DNA of 64,000 bases. Origin: Camelus dromedarius. Taxonomy: Eukaryota. The stretch spans positions 114,702,001 through 114,766,000 of the forward strand of contig NC_087436.1 of NCBI RefSeq assembly GCF_036321535.1. The letters are read 5' to 3'. Made by a program: the position numbers and the translations under genes. The notes beneath the pieces were generated by a model that made no database searches, was not told the origin of the DNA, and worked only from the letters and a program-made list of their open reading frames with translations. Positions 40,309 through 51,701 of this stretch are shown piece after piece. Each line of letters opens with the position of its first letter. The stretch's first letter is position 1.

Positions 40309-40774
40309 TAGTGTAGTTTTGAAGAGGATTTTATTCCCACAGGAAAGATTTCAGAATGACCTAAAGAGATGTGGCATTTTATCCTTGGGCCCAAGAGTCA
40401 CATCATGGAATCCAAGTAATTCTAGCAAGTTTGTGGATTCTTTATCACAAGAGCATCCTGAACCACTCTCAAAGATTGGGTTTGGTACCAGACACTGATT
40501 TTGGTACCAGAGAGACTTGAGAAAGAATCTCAGCTCTGCCATTTATTAAATAGTGACCTTTGAGAAGTTATTTAAGTTTCCTGAGTGTCAACTTTCTCAT
40601 CTGTAAAATGGGGATAATGCCTTCCTTTCTGGGTTGCCACAGAGAGTAAACGATCTCAAGTAGAGAAGAGCGGGGCAGGAGCATGGTGCTCATAGCATCT
40701 TCATCACTCCATCAGTGGGAATGGCGAATTTACTATTCCTTTGCTCTTCATTCCTAATCATAGTTGGAGTTAAC

Positions 40775-40910
40775 ACAGTGCTTCTCTGACCTTAATATGC
40801 CCACGAACCACCTGGGGATCTTGTTAAAATGCAGTCTCTGATTTAGTAGGTCTGGAGCAAGGACTGAGGGTCTGCATTTCTAACCAGCTCCCAGGAGATG
40901 CCAGAAGCTT
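40775..40910. mobile_element. MER5A-like hAT MITE
   Basis: cacctggggatcttgttaaaatgcag..ctgatt.agtaggtctgg...tctgcatttctaac.agctcccagg.gatgc. Confidence 0.8.
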
Positions 40911-42089
40911 CAAGGCTGTAACAAATCTTTAAGCATTAAAGTGACACAGCATCATCTTACACACAGGGCAAGTTCCACCATTCTCTGTTCCTTTGCTGGG
41001 GAAGATGAAAATACAAGGCCTGGGATGGAAACTCTAATTGAAATAACATGATTTCATTGTTTTCTGGAACTATGCTAAAAAGAGCACTAGAAATTTAAGA
41101 TCCAACCTTCCATCAGTTTTGCCAGGCTGAATCTTTGGTATTTTGCTATTAGAAATCTTTGTCTATTGTGTGGTGTATCAAAACTTTTGTTCCCTCTCAC
41201 TCCCCCTATTAGGTATCTCCCCACATCCTCTTACCACCTTCAGTTAAGCTTGGTGGCTTCTGATGGATGAATCTTAGACCAACTCAGTTATGACTGGTAG
41301 GTCACATGTCCAACACCTGGCTGATACCCATTTTCAAACTAAATATACAATTTTATTTTTGGTAAAAAATGTTTTTCAGATGAAAATGAAAATTACAATG
41401 GGAAATTGTGGCTGGCAAGGGAAAAGAGTCATTTGGGGTAATATCTCTCATAATTGGGGGTAATTTTGACAAACGTAGACGTTGTAGAATTCCCACACAT
41501 CCTCCCTGCCAAAAAGAGGTCAGGAAAGAGTGCTGTCCACAAGGCAAAAGCCTGAGCTCTCCTCCCCTTTCCAGCCCACAGATGGGATGGTGAGCTTCAT
41601 GGCAGTCAAGCTTTCTGCTCTCGCCCTCAAGAAATGTGTTTTATTCTACCCCTGGTGAGCAATTAGAAGTTTTATGGCTTCAGCCATGAGCAGGGTAGAG
41701 CCTAGGCTGGGGAATTGGCCATGGGATTTAATCAGAACTTTGGTTTTGGTTTTTACATTCATGAAAAATATGCACTGTATTCTCTGTCTCAGAACAAATT
41801 GATCACTAACTTAGGTTTAAAATAGAGCAGATTTCTGTACTCTTGTGTTTCATATTGAGGATATTTACAAAATAGTTTTTCCTTTTAGGATATTGGGTTA
41901 CCCTGTGATTATAGCATGATTGAGGGTTGGTGTAGGTCTGAACCTGCCACACCCCCGTGCCACTCTGCTGGGTTCCTGTGGCTGAAGCTGCCCTTCTGTG
42001 ATCTCAGCTCTCAAGGATGCTTGTGCAGGGACTTGTGATTTGAAACAAAATATCATGGGTAGAGTTGCTTATCTCTACGACAGGATGGG

Positions 42090-42490
42090 TGGTGTGAGCG
42101 AGGGCTTCGGAACCAGGTAGATCTGAGTCTGAATCCCAGGTGTACTACTGCTGTGTTGCTCACCTGTGACATGGTTAGGGTGAGGCAAGGGAGGCTCCTA
42201 GGATGTAAATTTAAGGTGGCACTCACACTCCAGTGATGGCCTTGCCCTTGTATAGCCCTGAGAGTGGGTGCCTCCTTAAATTGTGCACTTAGGTGCTTCT
42301 CATTCCTTACCTGGTCTAGTGTTGGTGTGTGACCAGGGGCAAATCACTCACCTGCCTCAGTCTGTCCCCTCATCTGTGAAATGAGGGCAAGAAGAACTGT
42401 CTTATAGAATTGTCATGAAGATGAAATATAAAGATGTTGGTAAACTTCTTGACGCGGTGCCTGGAACTGAGCTCAATAAATAGTAACTGT
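42090..42490 (+). mobile_element. MIR interrupted by a MER96-like palindromic MITE (~42165-42325)
   Basis: MIR 5' part (gagtctgaatcccag) and core (cctcagt..ctcatctgtgaaatg) flank agggtgaggcaag...tttaaggtggcactcac...gagtgggtgcctccttaaatt. Confidence 0.7.
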
Positions 42491-43457
42491 GTTTAGTTTT
42501 AATTCACCCATTAATTGGGCATCTTGAGTAACTCCATTTAGGGTAGCTAGAGTTAATCCCTTTTGTCCTTTGGAGTCAAAGAAAGAATCCAGGAACATTT
42601 AGAAGTGTCTTCATTTAGGACAGTGTTTCATTTAAGTTATTCTTTAGGAAATAATTTGTTTTGCATCTAGTTTTACATATACTTATTTCTCAGAGTTAAA
42701 GTCTAAAGTGTTGTACCAGCAAAACGGGGAAACAGAATCTGAGCGTATCTAGTTATGCGCAGGGCAGAGCCAGGAGCTCCCCGGAGAGCAAGCACTTCAT
42801 CGTGGGGAGACAGAATGTCCCACCCAGAGAACGAAGCACCGGCTGATTTGGGCTGGATGTGCACAGCGTCTGCTGGCCCCAAGGTCTGGGATGCAGCCAC
42901 AAGGCGTCCCAGACTCTGATCCTGGGGCTGTCACTGGGCTCACTCACTTAGCACACACTCAGAGCAGCTTAAATTTCTACTTGCAGAAGCGTGTGTTTTC
43001 CTGTTCTTTTCTCTCATTGCTTGTTTTTCCTCCTGGTGCAATGCTGATCAAGGCGTTCATGGTCAGGATAAAGAGGGGAATCTGTTAGAACACTGGCCTG
43101 GTAAGAGGAGAAGCTCTGAGGGGCTCGAGTCTCCCAACTGATACTCTTGCCATGTTGCTCTGAAGGGAAGAAAAAAAAAAGCCTCATGATTTTTTTAAGC
43201 TCCCAAGTTTTGTGCAGTTAACTAGATAAAGACCAGGTACTACTGATTCTACTAGATCCTACCCACCCCTCTTTTGAATATTGCTTCTAACTGGGCTGCT
43301 GAGGGATAATGACCGAGGGTTATATTCTGGACTTCTGGTTCCAGCTCGATGTATTTGCCATCTATTTAAGGGTTCTCTATCTCAGTTTCTTAATCTGTAA
43401 AATAAGAGATTAAATTTTGGGGGCCATCTTTTTGTAGGATGAACCAATTCTGAGGCC

Positions 43458-43459
<2 letters not shown>

Positions 43460-43507
<48 letters not shown>

Positions 43508-43511
43508 TGTG
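43460..43511. repeat. (TG)n microsatellite
   Basis: Direct reading. Confidence 0.95.
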
Positions 43512-44538
43512 TTGATGGGAGGGTGTAAGGGCTGTCTCCTAGACTTGGAGGCTATAGTAAGTCTAGGTTTAATATTTGAATCACTTGCTATGTATTCAGT
43601 TCTAGGCCATACACCACTTAGGGAGAGTCAAGACACATATTTCACTTCATTTTCCTGCTAAGCCTGGATTTTTTCACCTTGGAGTCCCAGGTAGCTCCTT
43701 GATCAGAGCTGTTTCATAGGACGGAAGCAATTTGCTATTCTGAGCCCAGGGAATTAAAAGAAGGAAAGGAAGGAACTTCTTTGACCTGGAGAAAGTTAGC
43801 AGCTGGCTTGATTGATGACAACTACATGAATGGACTTGAGTAGGATCTAAAGAAAGGCATAATGTATGTATAAAGGTGTGGGAGAGTGGTGGGCATAAAA
43901 CTCCTATAGAAACTCAGTGAAAATCCATTTGACCTAGAGGATTTAGGTGAGCAGCTTACCTGGAATCTTTAAGGTGGTATTGGAGTTGGACTGAAGGAGG
44001 GGCAGAGCAGACATGGAAAGCTGGAGCAGGAAAGAACCCTGAGTGGGGGTGGGGGGTGAGTGGGAGGGGGGCAGTGCTTGTTTGTTGCTGTTAAGATAGA
44101 AAATAAATGTTACATAATTTCAAAACACATAAATTAGGTTACTCTATTTAAAAGAAGATGCTAGATTTGTCTATGTTAAGTGCTTATTTCATTCTAGACT
44201 ATTAAATATAAACTTCTCACACTGTTAAAAGAGGTCCTAGCCAATTATACAGGTAGACTTTCCCAATTGGGTATCAGAATAATACAATGCAAAGAGCAAT
44301 GGGTCTTAAGATGGATTTGAAGGAGAACTGGGAGACATCCGGATTGACTTCTAAGTACCAGACACTGTGCTAGACAAGTTACACATGTCATTTAATTGAG
44401 TATTCAGTCCTCAAACATTTGACTGCCCCTGTTCAGGCACAGGGACACAAAAAGGAACAAGGTATAGGACTTTCTCTGACACTGTCTTAGTCTAGTGGGG
44501 CAAATATACTCATGAGCAGACCAACATAATTTTGCGTG

Positions 44539-44627
44539 TGTTGGGAAAAACTCAGTCTTCCTTCCATGTACATCTCACTCGCACCTACTACCATACTCAC
44601 AACATTTCTGACACCAGATGTGTGGGG
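44539..44627 (-). mobile_element. 3'-end fragment of a MER21-like LTR abutting the retrocopy 3'UTR
   Basis: Minus strand reads CCCCACACATCTGGTGTCAGAAATGTTGTGAGT...TTTTTCCCAACA, resembling the MER21-family terminus. Confidence 0.55.
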
Positions 44628-45804
44628 CTGGTTCAGGTGAGAAGGACCCTAAGGTTGGGTGGATGAATGGCAGCACTGGAATGTACTTCCAGTAGCCAGC
44701 TCAGTTTTACTGCTCCTTTGTCTCCTTGTAATGGAGGAGCTGGGCAGTGATAAGGCCATTGCAGAGGGAAGAGACTGCAAAGGTTCCAGACATGAGGGGG
44801 TCTCCAGTTTCCTGCATGGAGGTGAAGATTCTGGCCAGGGAGCCCCCAAAGAGTAGATAGAATGTGATTGTTGAGAGCTGGCCCGTGTACCCTTTGGGAT
44901 AGTTGCTGGCTGTCTGGAGCAGCCCTCCTATAATACAGGAGAACAAATCTGACTACATTGGATCTGTTTCTTTGGTTTTTACCACTGTGCCCTGTTTCTG
45001 GGCTTAATCTTGGTAGCTCTGCACCTTTTGTCAAACAATGTTGCCTTTAGCCTGAAATGTAAGGGAGAGCCTGTTCTCAAGGCTCTAACCTTTAACGATG
45101 TTAATACTTCTGCACTTATGTAAAGATAACAAGTTGCAGAATAGGAAATAACCTTTGTTTTGTGGAGGTTTACAGGGACACCATGACCTGACCCACATGG
45201 ACAGCTGGAAGAAGAAAGAATTCCTACAGCAAGAAGTTTGCAACAATCAACCACACCCCCTCCCCTGTTTTTTGTATAAAAGACTAGAATAGGATGGTTC
45301 TCCAAGAGGTTAGTCTGCCATCCTCTTGGTCTGCTGGCTTTCTGAATAAAGTCGCTATTCCTTGCCCCAACAGGTCTCCGCATTTATTGGCCTGTCCTGA
45401 GGGGAGCAGAACGAGTTTGGACTCGGTAACACTCCCACCATCACAGCAGGCAGGTGGGAGGCCTGGAGCAGAGTGACTAAGGCCAGGGGCTTCAGTGGTG
45501 AAAGCTCAACCAGCAGGACTGGGAAAGCGACACCTTTCACAGTCTTTCCCCTGTAGTGCAGGACCCGGAAGGCATCAGGAACAGGGCTTCACCCCCAGAG
45601 CTGAAGGAGAAGTTGCTGGTGAAGCTGTGGGCCATGGTCCCAGTCAGTGCCACCAACGCTAGCTAGCATTACAGACTGGTGACTCAACCCGTCGGCACTC
45701 TCGGCTCCCAGGAGTTTAAACACTTGGGGCAGTTTTACCAGAAGTGACCCAGTCACGATGCCCGGCCCCAGGACTCTGCTGAGGAGCATCTTGAGACAGG
45801 GAAC
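44626..45804 (-). pseudogene. MPDU1: Processed (intronless) pseudogene of mannose-P-dolichol utilization defect 1, 5'-truncated, frameshifted and LTR-interrupted
   Basis: Minus-strand translation gives [47 protein letters not shown] / [28 protein letters not shown] / [41 protein letters not shown] / [64 protein letters not shown], collinear with the PQ-loop protein MPDU1 and without introns. Lesions: a 4-bp duplication frameshift near 45660, deletions near 45572, 45520 and at the C-terminus, and an LTR at 44929-45431. Stop at 44707-44709 is followed by about 80 bp of 3'UTR-like sequence. Confidence 0.95.
44929..45431 (+). mobile_element. ERV1-type solo LTR (503 bp) inserted in the MPDU1 retrocopy
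   Basis: TATAATA...TAACA ends (TG mutated to TA), 4-bp TSD CTCC (44925-44928 and 45432-45435), TATAAAA at 45275-45281, AATAAA at 45345-45350. Removing it plus one TSD restores in-frame VG-GLLQ. Confidence 0.92.
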
Positions 45805-45829
45805 TTCCTTAGAGTGAAACATGTGTCCT

Positions 45830-46215
45830 GGGGGGCCGCGTTTTCTGGTCGCACCCTCCCTGCTGTCCGATTTGTAAAGCACACCGACGCCGTACGCCTG
45901 CGCAGTCCCATCTTTTGCGCCCTCATTTACGCTTAGGCTTTGGCGCCAAAAACCGCCCGCCTGCGTCTCCCGCTCCTCCTGCCCCGCGCCGTCTGGGCTG
46001 CTTCCTGCGGACTTTACCCTGGCAAGGTGAGAGAGAAGGAGCGTGAGGCTCTAAAACGGCGTTGGGCTGGGGTGCTGAGGCTTTGTGTCCGCTGTCCTCT
46101 CGGGGTTTCCGGGGGGAAGGCGCCCACGGAAGCCAGGCCGCGACCCTGGGCGCCGACCGCGTCGCCTCAGGTCAGCCCGGGCGCTGGCGGGTCTGCGGCA
46201 GGAGCCAGGCGAGGA
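45830..46215 (+). promoter_or_regulatory. CpG-island promoter (TATA-less, housekeeping type)
   Basis: The densest CpG cluster in the window. NRF1-like TACGCCTGCGCA 45893-45904, YY1-like CCATCTTT ~45908, perfect E2F palindrome TTTGGCGCCAAA 45939-45950, ETS-like TTCCGG/CGGAAG ~46107-46132. Confidence 0.85.
45950..46170 (+). other. Probable non-coding first exon(s) of an unidentified plus-strand gene, with alternative donors after 46026 and 46170
   Basis: AAG|GTGAGA at 46026/27 and CAG|GTCAGC at 46170/71 inside the CpG island. No ATG in this stretch. The TSS position is approximate. Confidence 0.6.
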
Positions 46216-49200
46216 GACCCACATGCACAGATTTTCGGTGATCTTACAAAGTGGAGTGTCAGAGATGTGAACGGTTTATTGTGGGACGTATATTGATGCT
46301 CCTCTGATAATGCTCCCACCGTCCCATAGCAGTAAATACTACTCTCCCCATTTCTCAGACGAGGAACGCTGGGAGCTACCAGGCCACTCAGCACTTGGTC
46401 ACAACTGGGAACCAGCCCTTAACCTGAAGCTTTTTCCAAAAGGGGGCCACTTGGACCCTCAGGAAGGGCTTGGATTCAGGCCTGGCTCTGGTACTAGGGA
46501 GCCAAGATGGCTCGACCGTCATCTCAGCTCCATGGGCCTCTGCTTCCCCCTGTGTCACCAAAGATACTGAGACGTGGCAGTGTCCCAGGTCCCTTCGGTT
46601 TCTGACATTGGGACGACTTGCCTGCAATCTTCAGATCTGACCTCGGTTTAGTACTGCTGTTGGGGAGATACTGTGGGTTGGCCTTCACGTTGTACAGTTT
46701 CTCTCTGCTCCAACACGTGGTAGAGACCTCTCATGAGTTGCCTGGTGGAACGTGGTAAGACAGTTGCCTTTGGTGAGGGGTCCAGTCCAGGTTTATTCAT
46801 TTTCTTGCTTTGTTTTACCTGTGTGTAAAATGGAGATGAAGCACTGGCGAAGGAAGAAGTTTAAACCATTTGCAATCTCAAGCTTCGTAACCCAGTCTTT
46901 GTCTTTTCTATCTTCTGTTCTTTTCTTGACTGAGGATTTGCCCTATTTTGGGAGCTTTTCTTTTAGAATTTGGCATCTTTGAGCATTGAGAAATGAGGCT
47001 TTTGTAGCAGAGCAGGTGGCTCAGGCCGTGATTCGGATTTTTCTCTCAGGACCCAGGTTGTAATTGGGGGTGTGGAGTAACTGTAACAAGGTGTCAGAAA
47101 ATACTTTACAAATAAACACGACAAACTTAAGTCAACACGTTGAATCTACAGAAAGTTTAAATCAAAGCCTTGGAACAAGACGGATACGCCTGTGTTCTAG
47201 TTGAAAGTTAACCTTGTGCAAAGCTTTGTACAAAGGCAGTCCCAACTGGCAGGAACTTGAAACATAACTGAATACGCTGCCCTAACCAAGAAATATAACA
47301 GACTGCTTACTGGGGCCCTTGGAAAAGAGAATGTGTAATCATTTTCTGATCTCTCTGATACGCATTTCTATGAATAACACTGGGGACAAGTGAAGACTGT
47401 TTTATGGTTCATAAGGAATCAACTCCATGAAACATGATTTTGAGGCTGAGCTGGCCTACACATGTCTGAATCCCTGAAGAATCTTTAAAAATAAGCATCA
47501 GCTCAGCTTCCCCAGCAGTATCAGAGGCCTCTTATCTGCCTTGTGTTCTATTCCCCCACCTTTCTCCTTCCACTCACAGAAGACAAAGACGACCAAAGAA
47601 AATTGAGCTAATCCAACATTTGCTACATTTATTCTTTTTCTCTAATTAAATATATTTTGCTAAGTATTCCCTCTCCTTTTCTGGCTTGGACAGGATGGAT
47701 CTAAGAGGAAAACACCCAGTCATTTTAAAGGGGACGCAGGAGAGTAGATGGTAGTGTGTTATTCTGGAAAGAATAACGATGACTTTGTGTTTGTTCCTGA
47801 CCTACAGATCTTGGATCCCCTGTCTACTTGTCATGGGGCCTTTGGCATGCTACTGAATATCTCTAAGCCTTCATTTCCACATTTGCAAAATGGGAAGGAT
47901 AAAAACTAGTTGATAGGGTTGTTGTGAAAATTAAAGGATATCACGAATCATATAATCATGACTTATTTCTCCTAGTTTCCCCTATCATGAGAGTTTTGAG
48001 GGTTATCTCTAGTAAAAAAAAAATGATGACAAGAGTGGGAAGAGTTGGAAATGTTGGAAAATGGACACATTAGTAAGATTGTGCATACTGGCCCCCTTGT
48101 GGCTGGGGATGACTTGGGTTGTGAACAGAAGAGACAGTACTCCTTCATGTATTCAATTATTATGTGAGACCCTTTCAAGCCCTCTCACCTGGAACTGGCT
48201 TCTTTGAGATGGCTGCTCTGTTAGCGTGGTTCCCAGAGTGAGTCTGTTGAGCAAAGCCCTATGCTGATGGACATGCCGTGTGATAGTAAAAATACATCCC
48301 TGCTGCTTTAAGCCACTGATACATTGATATTTGTTGTTATCACAGCAGAACCTAACTTATTCTGACTGATAAAATTCATCTTCAGATTATGGCATTTCCC
48401 TTTGGTGAATTTCATGCATCTTCATGGTTATACCTTATTCACCATCTTCCAAGTTACTGCTTAAAAAATCTGCAGTTACTATTTGTAACAGTAGTGTCTG
48501 ATTTAGCAGTGACATGCCCAAGAGAACTTTTCTGAATGGCAGCATCTCTTCTGTTAACTTGATTTAAGCAACGTTGACTTTTCAGCTAGTACCAGCTCCA
48601 GAGAGGCCAGTGTTCTCTTTAAAGACTCTGTATTCTGACTTGTGTTAAAGAGTCTCAGTTTTGTATCTCCAGTCTAAATCTCCTGAATTGCAGATTTGGT
48701 ATCCAGTTGCTGTTTAATAGGTACCTTGGATGTTTTATAGGTACCTCAAACTTGATTTGGCTTGGCTAAAAGTTGGTTTGGCCAAAGCACTATTGTTTGT
48801 TTCCCAAATTGTACTCCACCTACTCTGCACTTGTTCTTTCCTATAATTTGAATGAAACCTCAGTTTCTTATCCTGGCCTGCAGGACCATGCCTGCCTCTG
48901 ATTCCTTCATCCTTGCTCTCTCCCCCTTGTGCACTAGGACCCAGTCACATGACATTGCTTCTGATTCTTAAACATGGTTCTTTCTTTCCAGTCTCTGGCT
49001 CTCTGCATTTGCAGGTGCCTTTGCTTGGATCCCTGGATCTTCCTGCGGCAAATTTCCTTCCCATCACGGAGTCACCCTCAGGCAGCCCTCCTTGTTGGCC
49101 TCCTTTCCCATCCGTAGAGACTTGCTCCCTACCGCATTATTCCACGGTGTCTTCTTCAGCACCACCATCTCACATATTTGATTAAGTGTGTCCTCTCTGC

Positions 49201-49472
49201 CTCCTCATCTTTCCTTAGGATGTAAGCTTGTTGAGGGCAGGGGCTCTCTGTCTGCTTCACTCTGTATCCCCTCAGGCCTGGAATAGCACTTTCCTAGAAC
49301 ATAAGAGGCATTACATCAATGTTGGTTCTGTAGGTTTGGGGAGGCATGGGAATGGTGCAGTGCTGAACTTGTGTATAGTTACGTCCCTTTCCCCATGAGG
49401 GGCTATTGTCTGAAATATAGAAAAAACTCAGTGAATTCAATCAGCAGTCTTCATTAAAGGAATGCCTGTTAG

Positions 49473-51701
49473 CGAGGGAGGAAGGGGGTGGGGAGGGATA
49501 AATTGGGAGTTCAGGATTTGCAGATACTAACTACTATATATAAAATAGATAAACAACAAGGTCCTACTGTACAGCACAGAGAACTATATTCAATATCTTG
49601 TAATAGCCTATAATGAAAATATGAAAAGGAATATATATGTATATTTTTTCTTTTTTTAATTTCAGAGTTTCTTTTTTCTAGTTGAAGTATAGTCAGTTTA
49701 GTGTTGTGTCAATTTCTGATGTACAGCATAATATTTCAGTCATACATATACATACATATATTCCTTTTCATATTCTTTGTCATTTTCATTATAGGTTGCT
49801 ACAAGGTATTGAGTATAGATCCCTGTACTCTACAATATAAACTTGTTTATCTATTTTATATGCAGGAGTTAGTATCCGCAAATCTCAAACTCCTGATTTA
49901 TCCCTCCCACCCCCTTTCCCCCAGGTAATGATAAGTTTGTTTTTTATGTCTGAGTCTTTCTGTTTTGTAAATAAGTTCATTTGTGTCTTTTTTTTTTTTT
50001 TAAATTCCACGTATAAGTAATATCATATGGTAGTTTTCTTTCTCTTTCTGGCTTACTTCACTTAGAATGATGATCTCCAGTCTATTCATGTTGCTGCAAA
50101 TGGCGTTATTTTGTTTTTTATGGCTGAGTAGTATTCCATTGTATAAATATACCACTTATTTATCCAGTCATCTCTAAATGGGCATTTAGGTTATTAACAT
50201 GTCTTGTCTATTGTAAATAATGCTGCTATGAACATTGCGGTGCATATATCTTTTCAAATTAAAGTTCCCTCTGGGTTGTCCAGGGGTGGGATTTCTGGAT
50301 CATATGGTAAATGTATTTTTAGTTTTTTAAGGAATCTCCATACTGTTTCCCACAATGGCTGCACCAAACCACATTCTCACCAACAGTGTAGGAGGGTTCC
50401 CTTTTCTCCACACCCTCTCCAGCATTTATCATTTGTGGACTTTTGAATGATGGCCATTCTGACTGGTGTGAGGTGATACCTCATTGTAGTTTAGATTTGC
50501 ATTTCTCTGATAATTAGGGATATTGAGCATTTTTTCTTGTGCCAATTGGCGATTTGCATGTCTTCATTGGAGAATTGCTTGTTTAGATATTCTGCCCATT
50601 TTTGGATTGGGTTTTTTTGTTGTTGTTGTTATTAAGCTGTACGAGCTGTTTATATATTCTGGAAATTAAGCCCTTGTCAGCCTCCGCATTTGCAAATATT
50701 TTCTCCCATTCTGTAGGTTGTCTTTTTGTTTTGCTTATGGTTTCCTTTGCTGTGCAAAAGCTTATAAGTTTAATTAGGTCCCATTTGTTTATTTTTGCTT
50801 TTATTTCTATTGCCTGAGTAGACTGCCCTAGAACATTGCCAAGATTTATCTCAGAACATGTTTTGCCCATGTTTTCTTTTAGGAGGTTCATAGTATCTTG
50901 TTTTATGCTTAAGTCTTTAAGCCATTTTGAGTCTATTTTTGTGTATGGTGTGAGGGAATGTTCTAACCTCATTGATTTACATGTGGCTGTCCAGCTTTCT
51001 CCCAGTATCACTTGTTGAAGAGACTGTCTTTTCTCCATTGTATATTCTTGCCTCCTTTGTTGAAAATTAATTGACTGTAAGTCTGTGGGTTTATTTCTGG
51101 ACTCTCTATTCTGGTCCATTGATCCATATGTCTGTTTTTGTGTAAATATCACGCTGTTTTGATTACTGTAGCTCTGTAGTATTGACTGAAGTCTGCAAGG
51201 GTTATTTCTCCTTTTTCTTCAGTATTGCTTTGGCAATTCTAGGCCTTTTGTGATTCCATATACATTTTAGAATTATTTCTTCAAGTTCTGTGAAAAATGT
51301 CCTGGGTAATTTGACAGGGATCATATTAAATCTGTAGATTGCTTTGCGTAGTATGACTATTTTCACAGTATTAATTCTTCCATCCAAGAGCATGAGATGT
51401 CTTTCCATTTCTTTAAATCATCTTTAATTTCCTTAATCAGTGTTTTGTAGTTCTCCATGTATAAGTCTTTCATCTCCTTGGTCAGGTTTATTCCTAAGTA
51501 TTTTATTTTATTTTTTGATGTGATTTTAAAAGGAATTGTTTCTTTACCTTCCTTTTCTGATAGTTCATTGTTAGTGTAAAGAAATGCAATTGATTTCTGT
51601 ATGTTAATCTTATATGTGTATGTATAAATGAATCACTATATGTATACCAGAAATTAACTCAACATTGTAAATTGACTGTACTTCAATTAAAACAAACAAA
51701 C
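49473..51701 (+). mobile_element. Short L1 3' end (host; 49473-49643 plus 51611-51701) split by a nested L1
   Basis: The two halves join into one L1 3'UTR. TSD AAA(G/A)GAATGCCT(G/A)TTAG at 49456-49472 and 51702-51718. Confidence 0.85.
49644..51610 (-). mobile_element. ~2 kb 5'-truncated L1 (ORF2 C-terminal part plus 3'UTR)
   Basis: ORFs 50583-51152 (LTPYTKIDSKWLKDL...KWDLIKLISFCTAKETISKTKRQPTEWEKIFAN) and 51202-51408. TSD-like TATATGT(A/G)TAT at both ends. Confidence 0.95.

Noticed and set aside
44707..45882. Functional MPDU1 gene with the 503-bp insert as an intron
   Set aside because: The insert has LTR ends and a TSD rather than canonical intron structure. There are frameshifts and deletions, and the N-terminal ~34 codons are missing.
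50583..51408. 189-aa and 68-aa ORFs as host genes
   Set aside because: Frameshifted L1 ORF2 remnants.
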